Positions 1 through 10,600 of a stretch of DNA of 64,000 nt are shown one piece after another; position 1 is the first letter of the stretch, and every line of letters begins with the position of its first letter. Where the stretch lies: the NCBI GenBank assembly GCA_947588945.1, contig CANPZY010000003.1:1058-65057 (forward strand). Reading direction: 5' to 3'. Source of the DNA: an uncultured Clostridia bacterium. Lineage in GTDB: Bacteria; Bacillota; Clostridia; TANB77; CAG-508. Position numbers and translations under genes: made by a program. The notes under the pieces are model-generated. The model was not told the origin of the DNA. It did not search any database and saw only the letters and a list, made by a program, of their open reading frames with translations.

Positions 1-1731
1 TTGGAATTGCATATATTTATTTCTAGGAATGCTAGGATTATTTATTCGAATATCATTTATAATTTCATTATAGAAATCAAATGAGAAATAGAAATTATTT
101 AACACTTCATCTTGAAGTTGCTTTATTTCTTCTATCTTTCTTTCATTTTCCTCACATCTTTCCTTCGACTTTCCATATATACCCCCAAAACCGCTTTTTT
201 CATCTCGTATTTCTCTCATCAATTTATCAATTAGTTCCATACTTTTTATAATAAAAATTTCAAAGTACTGCCCATTACTTATTTTTTCTGAATAATTAAA
301 TATGCCAGATATTTCATCTTTAATAAAATCAATTCTTTTTTCATATTTATTTTTAACATAATCAAAAAATTCTTTATTATAAAATGATTCTATCAATTTT
401 GAGTCTAAATTATTTTCGTCATACCATTTATCAGCTTTAAAATATTCTTTATATCTGTTTTTCTTTTTATTAATGGTTTCTTTTATAGAATTCATTATGC
501 TATCTCTTCTTTTTTCTATGTCACGCATAAGAGAACCATATTCTCTATTTACGTAAAATCCACTTGTAGACCATTGGGCAAATCTATCATTAAACGATTT
601 AGGAAGATTATGTTTTTCATTATAATTATTATTTAATTCTAAATAATAATTTGATATAGATGTTTGTTCAATTTCTTTTATATTTAAGTCTCTTGACAAA
701 TCACTAATAAAATCATTAAAGATTTTCCCAGGTGTTATAATCTTTATTTTTTTGTATTCTGGAAGCCAATTATTATATTTTAAATATGATAATCTATGTA
801 ATAAAATCATTGTTTTCCCTGAACCAGCACAGCCTTGAACTATAAAATTTTCAAATGGTTTAGCTCTAATTACCTTATTTTGATTAGATTGAATACTATA
901 TATTATATCAGTTAGTTTATTATCATTTCTTTTTTCCAATAATATCTGCATTAAGAACTCATCTGCCATACCCTCATTATAAAATTCATTGTTTGAGATA
1001 TATGTATTTAGATATTTAAATGGCTCAAAAATAAACTTTCTTTTTAAAAGCACTTTATATCTATATACATCTCTTAATAATTCAGTTTTTTCATTATCAT
1101 AATAAAAATCACCTAATGGAGATCTCCAATCTATTATTGTTACTCCTTCTTCAATTTCTATAGGTTTTATATTCTTTGAAATATAAAACTTCTCATAATA
1201 ATCTTCATTTTCATATTCTGTATCAACATCCATTCGTGCAAAGTATGGTATATTATGTTTTTTCGTATATTTATAAAATTCTATTTCTTCTTTTAGGCTT
1301 TTTTCTTCATTATAATATAATGATAAAATTGAATCTAAATCTTTTCTTGCAATCTTTATCGTATTAGGGCGTAATGCTTCAATGTATTCTAACCTTTTTT
1401 TCTCATTTGCTTTTTCATCTTTAATTCTATTATTTAAATTTTTAATATAATTTAAATAATCGGTATCATCTAAAAGTTCATTTACTGATTTGTAACAATC
1501 ACCTTCTTTAAAAAATATTAAAATTCCTATATCATCAAAGGAAAAATATAAATCTTCTTCTTTTATTTGAATTTCCTGATTATTACCCGAATTATATGTT
1601 ATATATATTTTTTTATAGAATTTAACAACAATTTGTTCATTATCTATATTTTCAATAGTATATATTTCATTATTTATTCCGTATAATGTATCACCAATCT
1701 CTAAAGCTCTCTTATTACATTCTTTACTCAT
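1..1731 (-). CDS. helD: HelD-like UvrD/Rep-superfamily helicase, N-terminal 577 codons (3' end runs off the left edge)
   Basis: Absent from the ORF track because it has no stop in the window. My manual reverse-strand translation from ATG 1731-1729 (MSKECNKRALEIGDTLY...) stays open to base 1. It contains IDWRSPLGDFYY (HelD-type N-terminal motif), Walker A VQGCAGSGKTMILLHRLSYL, then IITPGKIFNDFISDLSRDLNI. AAGGTGG lies 5 nt upstream of the ATG. Confidence 0.6.
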   Translation of the reverse strand, partial: MSKECNKRALEIGDTLYGINNEIYTIENIDNEQIVVKFYKKIYITYNSGNNQEIQIKEEDLYFSFDDIGILIFFKEGDCYKSVNELLDDTDYLNYIKNLNNRIKDEKANEKKRLEYIEALRPNTIKIARKDLDSILSLYYNEEKSLKEEIEFYKYTKKHNIPYFARMDVDTEYENEDYYEKFYISKNIKPIEIEEGVTIIDWRSPLGDFYYDNEKTELLRDVYRYKVLLKRKFIFEPFKYLNTYISNNEFYNEGMADEFLMQILLEKRNDNKLTDIIYSIQSNQNKVIRAKPFENFIVQGCAGSGKTMILLHRLSYLKYNNWLPEYKKIKIITPGKIFNDFISDLSRDLNIKEIEQTSISNYYLELNNNYNEKHNLPKSFNDRFAQWSTSGFYVNREYGSLMRDIEKRRDSIMNSIKETINKKKNRYKEYFKADKWYDENNLDSKLIESFYNKEFFDYVKNKYEKRIDFIKDEISGIFNYSEKISNGQYFEIFIIKSMELIDKLMREIRDEKSGFGGIYGKSKERCEENERKIEEIKQLQDEVLNNFYFSFDFYNEIINDIRINNPSIPRNKYMQFQ

Positions 1732-1962
1732 TTAAACCACCTTTACAACTTCAAATATAACATTTTCATTTAAAAATATCTACTTTTTTATATTATCAAA
1801 ATTCTCATCTTTTCTAAATCAAATTACAGAAATTTCGAATAATTTTTCTGTTCAAATATCGTAGCAAAATCTTATGCCCAATATTCGCCAGCGTGGTGTT
1901 TTGACACCCTTTTTGCTGTTTAGGGAAAAATCTCCTAAAATCTTTTTTGCTCTCTGAGAGAT

Positions 1963-2367
1963 TTATTCTTTATATTTTAAATCATTTTCTTTGCACCAAT
2001 TAATTGCTATTTTTCTATATTTTTCTTCTCTGTAATTATACCAAGCTTGAATTATATTCACTTTAAAGCAATAATCTTTAAATCTTCTAAAAGCTCCTTT
2101 TCTTTGTATTAATCCATGTAAATTATTTCTTATTTCAATATCATTTATTGTATCTATAAAATCAACCATTATTTGATATTCATTTATTTCATATTGTGTT
2201 GGAAGTATTATAGATTTTTCAAATAATTCGTCCAATTCATCTTCATTTAAATTTTCGTATTCTCCAATATTTGATAAGAAAATTTCATCATTTTCTGGAT
2301 TATAATAACAATCTATTTCATCATCTACCATTTCTAATCCTTCTATTATTTTAGATAAAGTAACCAT
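1963..2367 (-). CDS. UPF0158-family small protein
   Basis: 134-aa ORF. The C-terminal RKGAFRRFKDYCF...WYNYREEKYRKIAINW resembles the UPF0158 signature (GAFRRFKD ... W). Assigned from memory of the family, not from a search. Confidence 0.55.
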   Translation of the reverse strand: MVTLSKIIEGLEMVDDEIDCYYNPENDEIFLSNIGEYENLNEDELDELFEKSIILPTQYEINEYQIMVDFIDTINDIEIRNNLHGLIQRKGAFRRFKDYCFKVNIIQAWYNYREEKYRKIAINWCKENDLKYKE

Positions 2368-2387
2368 GTTTTTTTCTCCCTATTATT

Positions 2388-3380
2388 TTACTTATAAAAT
2401 TCTCTAAATTCAATTGGCGAATATCCACCTAACATATATTGCGGGCTATTATTATACCAATCCATAAATAAGTCCATAAATTTTTTCAATTCAAAATCAT
2501 CTTCAAACATACACATATTAGATAATTCTCCTAAAATATCTATTCCTAACTCATTCTTTTTTACTAATTGCTTAAATGTCCATTCATGTATATTATCATT
2601 TTTAGATTTCAAAAACATATATAACTTTTGTGCCTTTTCATTACAATAATATTCTTCTCTTTTTAATATTTCTTGCTTACTAAATTGTTTATATTTCATC
2701 TTTCTTGCTTTTTGTTCTTCTGCAATTTCACCTATATCTATTGGTGAATATTCTTCATCTAAATATGTAATAAATGCTTGTATTTCATTTGTGTTTGTCC
2801 ATCTAATATCATAATCATTTACAAATGTATTTAAGTTTAACCTTGTAAAAAATATATCTCGTAACTCCCTTTCTGTTATTATTTCATTCATATATTTACA
2901 CAATTGCTTTCTCAAAAATTCAAAATCTACTATTCCATATGAATATAACATTCCTACAGTCAAAAATTCTATATCTCCATATCTTTTTGATATTGCCTTA
3001 TTTTCTGCTGAAAATAGTCTTGTTAATTTTTCTATTACTCCTGGATTAAGTGAGTAATTATAATTATCATATTTAGCTCTCATAACTATAATCATAGCTT
3101 CTTCTAAGTACCTTATATCTGGATGTTCCCTTTTATAGAAAAAAGATTTTATATCGTCACTTGTTTTCGTATATTCAATTAGCCTTTCTAAATCTTTATA
3201 AGCTCTATATGGTAGCATTTTTATTATTTCTTCATCATCTGCATTCTCATATATACTTGGTATCATTTTAAGTATGTTTTCTTTTGTTGTGTTTTCTTTA
3301 ATATCTTGATTAAATACACTGTTTACTACAAATAGCATTGTGTCTTTTGATACATTTATTCTTCCATTATATTCTCCCAT
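2388..3380 (-). CDS. hypothetical protein (330 aa), no recognisable domain
   Basis: Long ORF with AAAGGAG upstream (aaataaaggagtaaatATG). Co-directional and closely spaced with the flanking Fic-like and UPF0158 genes. Confidence 0.5.
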   Translation of the reverse strand: MGEYNGRINVSKDTMLFVVNSVFNQDIKENTTKENILKMIPSIYENADDEEIIKMLPYRAYKDLERLIEYTKTSDDIKSFFYKREHPDIRYLEEAMIIVMRAKYDNYNYSLNPGVIEKLTRLFSAENKAISKRYGDIEFLTVGMLYSYGIVDFEFLRKQLCKYMNEIITERELRDIFFTRLNLNTFVNDYDIRWTNTNEIQAFITYLDEEYSPIDIGEIAEEQKARKMKYKQFSKQEILKREEYYCNEKAQKLYMFLKSKNDNIHEWTFKQLVKKNELGIDILGELSNMCMFEDDFELKKFMDLFMDWYNNSPQYMLGGYSPIEFREFYK

Positions 3381-3470
3381 ATTTACTCCTTTATTTCTAA
3401 ATGGTGTTCACAAAAGTGAACAGCTCCAAATACATAACTTATTTTACAAAATCGGACTATTGACTTTATT

Positions 3471-4403
3471 CTATATTTTCATATAACATTTCTCTTTTAT
3501 AAATTTCTTTATTTGTTTTTCATCTTTTCCTTCATAATATGGAATAAGTAAATCTTTAAATTCTTCTGTAAGTTCCGCTGGAATTGCTATAATTCCTTTT
3601 CCTTTTGAAATTATATAATGATTACTATATATTACTGATGTTCTTTTATTTCCATCTATAAATATTTGCTTTTTCATTGTGTATAATAAAAGTTCTATAG
3701 CCCTGTCAACATCATCTAATTTTTTATTAAAAATTTGGTTCAATTCTTCTTTTATAATGCTTTCAATTGGTAAATCTGGTTTCCATGTTGTTCCACCTAT
3801 TGTTACTGGGACATTTCTAACCTTTCCTGCTGAATAGTAAAATCCTTCTTCCACCATTTTGTTAATTTCACATAATAATGCAAAATTAGTATCACTTAGA
3901 ATAACATTTTTATTTAATATAAATTCCCAAGCATGTTTTAAATTTACTATTTTCATTATATCTTCAGATGTCATATTATTTACTTTTCCACCTTCAATAA
4001 TGCTTTCTGTATCTGCAAATGTTGTTGCAACTCCCTCTAATATTGCTTGTTTATAAATTGTATCTACTAAATGTCTTTTGGCAAAATCTATATTTTGCTC
4101 TACTTTTTCAGAAAGTTCTTCTTCTACATAATTTAATTGTTTTAATTTCTTGTTTATTTCTCTTATTTGCTTTTTTAACTCTTTTGCCTTAATGCTATTG
4201 TTTAATATTAAATTATATAATTCTTCTGAGTATTCCCCAACATATTTTGTTAAAGCTACTCCATCTTCTCTATAATGTACATATATATATTTGTTTGAAT
4301 CTTTTTCTCTTATTTCAACTGAACCATAAGCAAGCGATTGTAATTCATGTTCAAGTAATTGTTTATTTTGAAGAAGACTCATAATTTCTAGCTTTTCTTC
4401 CAT
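3471..4403 (-). CDS. Fic/Doc-family protein with non-canonical core motif (Q-I-F-I-D-G-N-K-R)
   Basis: Track ORF is 3471..4433. I prefer ATG 4403 (MEEKLEIMSL...) because AAAGGAGAG lies 7 nt upstream and the 4433 ATG sits inside an operator repeat. The core KKQIFIDGNKRTSVIYSNHYI matches HxFx[DE]GN[GK]R except that H is replaced by Q. Confidence 0.7.
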   Translation of the reverse strand: MEEKLEIMSLLQNKQLLEHELQSLAYGSVEIREKDSNKYIYVHYREDGVALTKYVGEYSEELYNLILNNSIKAKELKKQIREINKKLKQLNYVEEELSEKVEQNIDFAKRHLVDTIYKQAILEGVATTFADTESIIEGGKVNNMTSEDIMKIVNLKHAWEFILNKNVILSDTNFALLCEINKMVEEGFYYSAGKVRNVPVTIGGTTWKPDLPIESIIKEELNQIFNKKLDDVDRAIELLLYTMKKQIFIDGNKRTSVIYSNHYIISKGKGIIAIPAELTEEFKDLLIPYYEGKDEKQIKKFIKEKCYMKI

Positions 4404-4423
4404 AATATATCTCTCCTTTAAAA

Positions 4424-4533
4424 TGTGAAACATTTTTCTGGTTTTTTATTAATTTTGTTTCACATTTATATTATACCATAAAATTTAAAAAATGTGAAAC
4501 TTTTTTCAATTTTTTCATTAATTTTGTTTCACA
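4424..4533. promoter_or_regulatory. two copies of TGTGAAAC-N25-GTTTCACA (putative operator array)
   Basis: Half-sites at 4424-4431, 4457-4464, 4493-4500 and 4526-4533. They lie within a roughly 48-bp unit repeated with a 69-bp period. The half-sites overlap the -35, the predicted +1 and the region just upstream of the RBS. Confidence 0.45.
4470..4498 (-). promoter_or_regulatory. sigma-A-type promoter for the Fic-like operon
   Basis: On the minus strand: -35 TTCACA (4498-4493), 17-nt spacer, extended -10 TGGTATAAT (4478-4470). The predicted start lies about 60 nt upstream of ATG 4403. Confidence 0.5.
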
Positions 4534-4690
4534 TTTTTCATTTTGTTTTTTTATTTCAAATTTTTTCCGTTTACGGAACTTTTTCGTAATATATGTATTT
4601 TAAGAGTATCAATATTTTTTCTAAGGTATACAACTTCGCTACGCTCAGTTGCATAAGACATTTCTAACTCACTTCGTTCGAAGAACTGTC

Positions 4691-7600
4691 TTAACAACAA
4701 CATACATGTGTGTATTGACCACCATTTTCTCTAAGTCCTTTTAGATATGATGAAATATATCCCAAATTTCTTTTTTCTAGAGCTGGTGTTAACAATCTTA
4801 CCAAATTATTGTCATTATCTATCAGATAATTTTCTGCACTTTCTAAACAAATAAACTTCTTATCATTATCTCCAGCATTAGATATTACTGACCAGCTCTG
4901 CGCAATACTATCGATTTTACATTCTTCTTGATTTATACTACCTACTTCAACTCCATCATCATCAAATGCCCTTTTATACCATCTACCGTCCCAGGCAACT
5001 GAATTTAATGCTTTTTTAAGATTTTCATAACTTTCAATAAACTCTTCTTTTAATTCTTGATAATTCATATTATCTACATCTTGTATAAATTCAACCTTTG
5101 CTTTTTGTTCACCCGAATTATCATTTATTGCAATTGCTACTTCTTTACTCACTCCTCTATGTTTTAAAAATTGTGATTCATAGTCAATTAATGGAACAAA
5201 TCTTATCAAAATATCATACAAGAAAAATCCAAGCCATACGCTTTCTCCAATACCTTTATTTCCAACTTTATTCATTCCATCATTCCAATCGCCAGATTTC
5301 ATAAGTGGCAAACCGTTTTTGCCAAATTGTGATGCTCTTTTTATTGCTTTAATACAATGTTCAAAAATTGTTCCTTTGTTCTCATAATTTTTATAAATAC
5401 TTACTCTATCTTCCTCGTTTTCATTAAGTTCATCTGCTTTTAAATAATATTCTTCTTCATTTAAAATACTGTAATCTCCTGTAAAATCAACATATTCTAA
5501 AACTGCATAAGGAAGCCATAATAAATCATCTGAATATCTAGTCCTTATTCCCAAATCAGAATCATCATGCCACCAATGTTCTACATCACCCTCAAAAAAC
5601 TGATGTTTTGCACACATTAATATTTGCTCTTTTAAAATGTTTATATCTACATATTTCATTCCTAAGCTATCTTGTAACTGGTCCCTAAATCCATAGCCAC
5701 CACTTGCTTGATAAAATCCACTTTTTCCATACATTCTTGATGCAAGTGATTGATAAACTAACCAATTATTTTGCATAATATCAAAACTTTTTAAAGGTGT
5801 TTTACTGGTTACTTTATTTGTTTCTTGTCTCCAATATTTTTCTGTATTTTCTAATTCCTTATTATAATTGGTAATATATTTCGTTCCTTTATCTAGACAT
5901 TCCATCTCTGTTTCTTCTGCACCAATAACAAAAACTATTTCCTTTTCTTCATCAGGTTTTAAATCTATAATAGCTTCATTTAATTCATTTATTTTTTCAT
6001 TACTTGTTATATAAATATATTCAGACGGATTCTTTAGATTTTTTATCAATTTCATATTTAAACTTTCTTTATATATACTACTCAAAAACCTATTGTCAGA
6101 GACTTTTTCTCCTATTTGCAAATCCAAATCATATTTTATTTTTAATGAGATTTCCTTTTCAATATTATTTTTTAGCTTTATAATACTCACCTTACAATTA
6201 TCATTAATTGGTACATATTGTGTACATTCTTGATAAATACCATTGTCTAATATAAATTTTGCATATCCTAATCCAAAGCACGTAATATATTCTTCTTCTG
6301 ATTTACTATCATTAAATGTCAATGTCCATTCTTTTATAGATTGGTCTTCTGCATTGTCAATAATTTCTTTATGTTTTTTTACCTCTTTATTTTTGTTACT
6401 TTTTCTATGCATACTTAAAATAAATTTTTCAGATGGCCTATCCATATAACTATCATTTGAAAAAGTTGTAATTCTATTTGTTCTACTATTTTTATACCAC
6501 ATAAATCCACCCATTGAGTCTGTTACTACTGCACCAAAATTTTTATTTGCTAATACATTTGACCATGCCACAGGCAATCTCTTATCTTTACTCTGTATTA
6601 TCCAATATTCTGATCCATCATTATTAAATCCGCCATAACCATTATATAATTCAAGATTTTTTTCATTTATGATATTTTTTTCTTCATCATTTGACTTATG
6701 ATTGATTTCATCTGCTATATTCATACCATCTTCTGCATAAATATCGGATTTTATACTATCGTCTAACATAGAAATTTGTTTTTCTAAAGTGCCATTATGG
6801 GCATCTATAATTAAACTTGCTCTTGCTTGTAAGCATCTTTTGTCTTCTCTTGATATATCTTTTATAACAAATATTCCTTCTCTTTTATTTAAAAATCTCG
6901 TCATATTGCTGTCTTCTAAATTTTCCTTAATGTTAGATTTTGAAATTATTACCAATTCAGTTTTAATATTTTTGCTCCTAAAAAATTCATAAGCTTTCAA
7001 AACATCTTTTACAACATAATAATCATTTAAATCGTTTATTAAAACTAGAAGTATAGGAAAATCACCTGAAATTCTATATTTCCATATTTTTTCATTAGAT
7101 AAATCTGTACTTAAAGTTCTGTCATCTATTTCAATTTTATTTGGAATTAATAAGAATTTAAGCATTTTTTGATATAGAGAAATATCTTTTCCCTTAATTC
7201 CTAAATATCTTATCTCTGCTTCTGTTTGAACCTTTGAAAGTTCAAAAGCTCTTTCTAAATTTTGTATGTTTTCATACTCTTCTACATTTTTTATAGCCAT
7301 ATCTTCATTATATTCAGCAGAAGAAATTAAATATAATTTTTTGGTATCATTTGGTTTAACATTTATTATTCTTCTCATTGCTATTATTGGATTTATTACA
7401 TTCCCATCTTTTTTACTAAATGGGCACGATTTGCTTACACTATCAGGAATTCCATTATTCTTTCTTGATATAAATTTTTCCTTGTCTATTTCAAATTCCA
7501 TACTTCCTTCATTTCCATATAGTGTTGTTACTAAAAAAATAGATTTATCATTAGCTAATCTCTTATTTCTAGAAATTATCAATTTATCATCAAGATTTTT

Positions 7601-10600
7601 AAATTTTATAAACATATTTTCAAATGCTGGATGCGCTTCATATTGGTTTTTATTTACAAGTAATGGCTCTGCAGATGTTGTAATTTCTAAATTTAAATCA
7701 TTTAACCCTTTATTTGATATTTTTATTTCTTTTACTTCTAAATGCAAATCTGAAACTATAGTATTTCTTATTATCGCTTTTAAATTACCATTTTCAATTT
7801 TATATTCACTTGCATAAGATTTAAAACTAGTTTCAATTTTACTATTTACTAAGCTCCATACTTTTTTTGAATCTATATCTTTAATATAAATATTATTGTT
7901 ATTTGTTAAAACATTATCATCTAATAAATTCGTTTCGTTACCATTTTGATAATTAATAGTTGTATATTTACTTGTTGATATTACATTTAATCCTGTATTT
8001 CTTAAAGAATGTTCATAATATAATTTGTATTTTATTTTTTGTGCCTTTTCCTTCTTCTCTTTGGTTATAATTAAATTAGCTGGCACTCTTTCTTGTAATA
8101 ATACTTTTATTCCTTCCATTTCTGGATTTTTCATAAATCTTTTTTGAAAAATATTATTTTTTAGTTCATTGTCAATTGACGCTAAAATCATTCCTTGATG
8201 ATGAGCCATAAAAACTTTTATAACTTCTTTTTTAGGCAAATAATCAATTGCATCATAAAATCCATATTTACCCAAAGCCCCTTCTTTTTCTAATCTTTTA
8301 AAATTATCTATAGCATCTTTTGGATTTTCTGTTAAGCTTAAAGCTGTAGAATATGGACTAACTACTATTTCATCTACTAACCCTCTTTTTAGTCCGAGCC
8401 ATGGAATTCCAAATGTTTTATATTGGTAGTTCCCTTTAAAATCCTTTAAACTATAAGAGCTTTCAGATATTCCCCAAGGTATCTTTAGGCTATTAGCATA
8501 TTCTTTTTGGCTTAAAATCAGTAGCTTACAAGACTCATCAATTAAAGTTGAATCATAAGTTGGAATAATTATATTAGGCATTAAATACTCAAATACAGTT
8601 CCTCCCCATGAAAGTAGACCAATATGACCTTTTAAAGCAGTTAATGTTCTTCCTAAAGAAGCCCAGCTTTTGCTAGGAACATCCTTTTTAGCAATTGCAA
8701 TTAATGTTGTTTGTCTTGATTCTGATGCAAGCAAATCATAATAAGAATCATATAATTTATTTTCTTCACAATTAAAACCAATTGAAAATAGCCCAACACT
8801 ACTGTCATATAATTTGCTAAAATCAGTATCATTAATTAACTTTTCAACTTTTTCAATCAAGCTTTTAAGCTTGATTTTATAATTATTTTTATCTTTTATT
8901 TTGTTTATATTGTCCTGTTTTTTATTTTTGGTTTCATTTGTCTCTTTATTATTTTTTAGTTCATTTATATCATATTGTTTATTGTTTTTTGCTTTTTTGG
9001 TATTTAGCTCTTCTTTAATAATCTCTTCAAATTTTTCAATTAGAAATTGTTTTAAAGTATACAAATATCCCACAAAATTTCCACTATCAACTGTCGAAAC
9101 CATAAGAGGATACAAAGGAATCAAATTTTCTGTATCATACCAATTATATAAATGTCCATTCCATTTTGGTAATATCTCTATTGACTTTATTACGTTTTCT
9201 AGCAAATCAATAACATATTCTTCAGTTTCATATCCTAAGTCATAACTTGCAATAATTGATAATAGTTCAAGTCCAATATTAGTAGATGATGTCCTTTTTA
9301 AAACCTTTTCTCTCCTATTTTCTTGATAGTTATCATTTACTAGGAAATTAGTCATATTTTCTTTAAAATAGTTCCATGTCTTTTCTCCTAAATTATATAA
9401 ATATTTTGTATTCTCTCTTGAAATCTTTTCAGCGTTTTCTTTTTCTTTTCTGCTCATCAAATAAACAATTAATGGTGAAAAAATCCATAAAAATGAAAAT
9501 GGATACATTATACTTATAATTCCTACTATTACTGAAAAAATCATAGAAGAGTAATAATTTAATATTCCCATTTTAGAAGCATTTTCAGCTTCTTTCGCTG
9601 TTGTCCATTCTAGCAAATGTAAGTGTGATATTTTCATCCTATAAAATGACTTTGCAAATGCATTTAATGCTACATTAGCTGTATCTGGTAAAAGTATAAT
9701 ATCTAAAATATATCTAAATATTGTCTGCTCAATCTCTGTAAAATTTTGAGCAAACATTTTATTTTTAATTACTCCTGATTTTTTGTTTATAAATAAGTCT
9801 ATGAGTCTGATTATAGTTGGCGTTCCAAGTAGTATTAAAGGAATCACTATTTTAGGAGTACAGAAGCAAATCATCCCTATTACCAAACTTAGAAAAATAA
9901 AAATTTCATTTGAATTTCTAACTAAGTTATCCAAAATTTTATATTTTGACAAAAAATTAAGTCCGCTATTTAGCCATCTTACTATTTGCAAATCTCCTCT
10001 TATCCATCTATGTTTCCTTATTTTATAAGCATCATAAGTTGATGGGTAGCCATCTATTAAAAAAATATCATTAGCTAAGCCACATCTTAGAAAACTTCCT
10101 TCTAAAAGATCATGGCTTAAAACAATATTCTCTGGAATTGAATCTTTTAAAACTTCATAAAAAACTTCTAGGTCATATATTCCTTTTCCAGTAAAAATTC
10201 CCTCGCCAAAAGTATCTTGATATATGTCATAAGTTGCATTAGCATATATATCAGTTCCCGAACCCCCTGACATTAGTCTTGTAAATAAAGTTTTTCTACC
10301 ATTGTCAATGTCAAAATCAACTTTTGGCTGAATTATACCATACCCTTTATATACTCTATTTTTAATCTTATCTATTTCTGGCTTATTTAAAATATGAGCC
10401 ATTGTTCCAATTAATTTAAAAGCACTATCCATAACTAGATTTGTATCAAAGTCTATCGTAATTACATACTTAATTTTTGGAAGCTTTTTTATATTACAAT
10501 TGTTCGTTCCAAATTTTGAATTTCCAGTAATTAAAAATTCATTGAATTGATTAAGAATTCCTCTTTTTCTTTCCCATCCCATGTAACATCTTTCACTATC

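Noticed and set aside
4566-4579. Small hairpin TTCCGT-TT-ACGGAA followed by a T-run, as a possible terminator.
   Set aside because: No plus-strand gene lies upstream, and on the minus strand it lacks a T-run. It is probably incidental or part of the larger junction structure.
7266-7817. 183-aa plus-strand ORF and many other 60-130-aa plus-strand ORFs inside the giant minus-strand genes (for example 8901..9245, 12451..12846, 14574..14954, 15367..15750, 20212..20659).
   Set aside because: They are antisense to long, motif-bearing genes and have leucine/phenylalanine/isoleucine-rich low-complexity translations typical of the reverse strand of AT-rich coding DNA. None has a convincing RBS.
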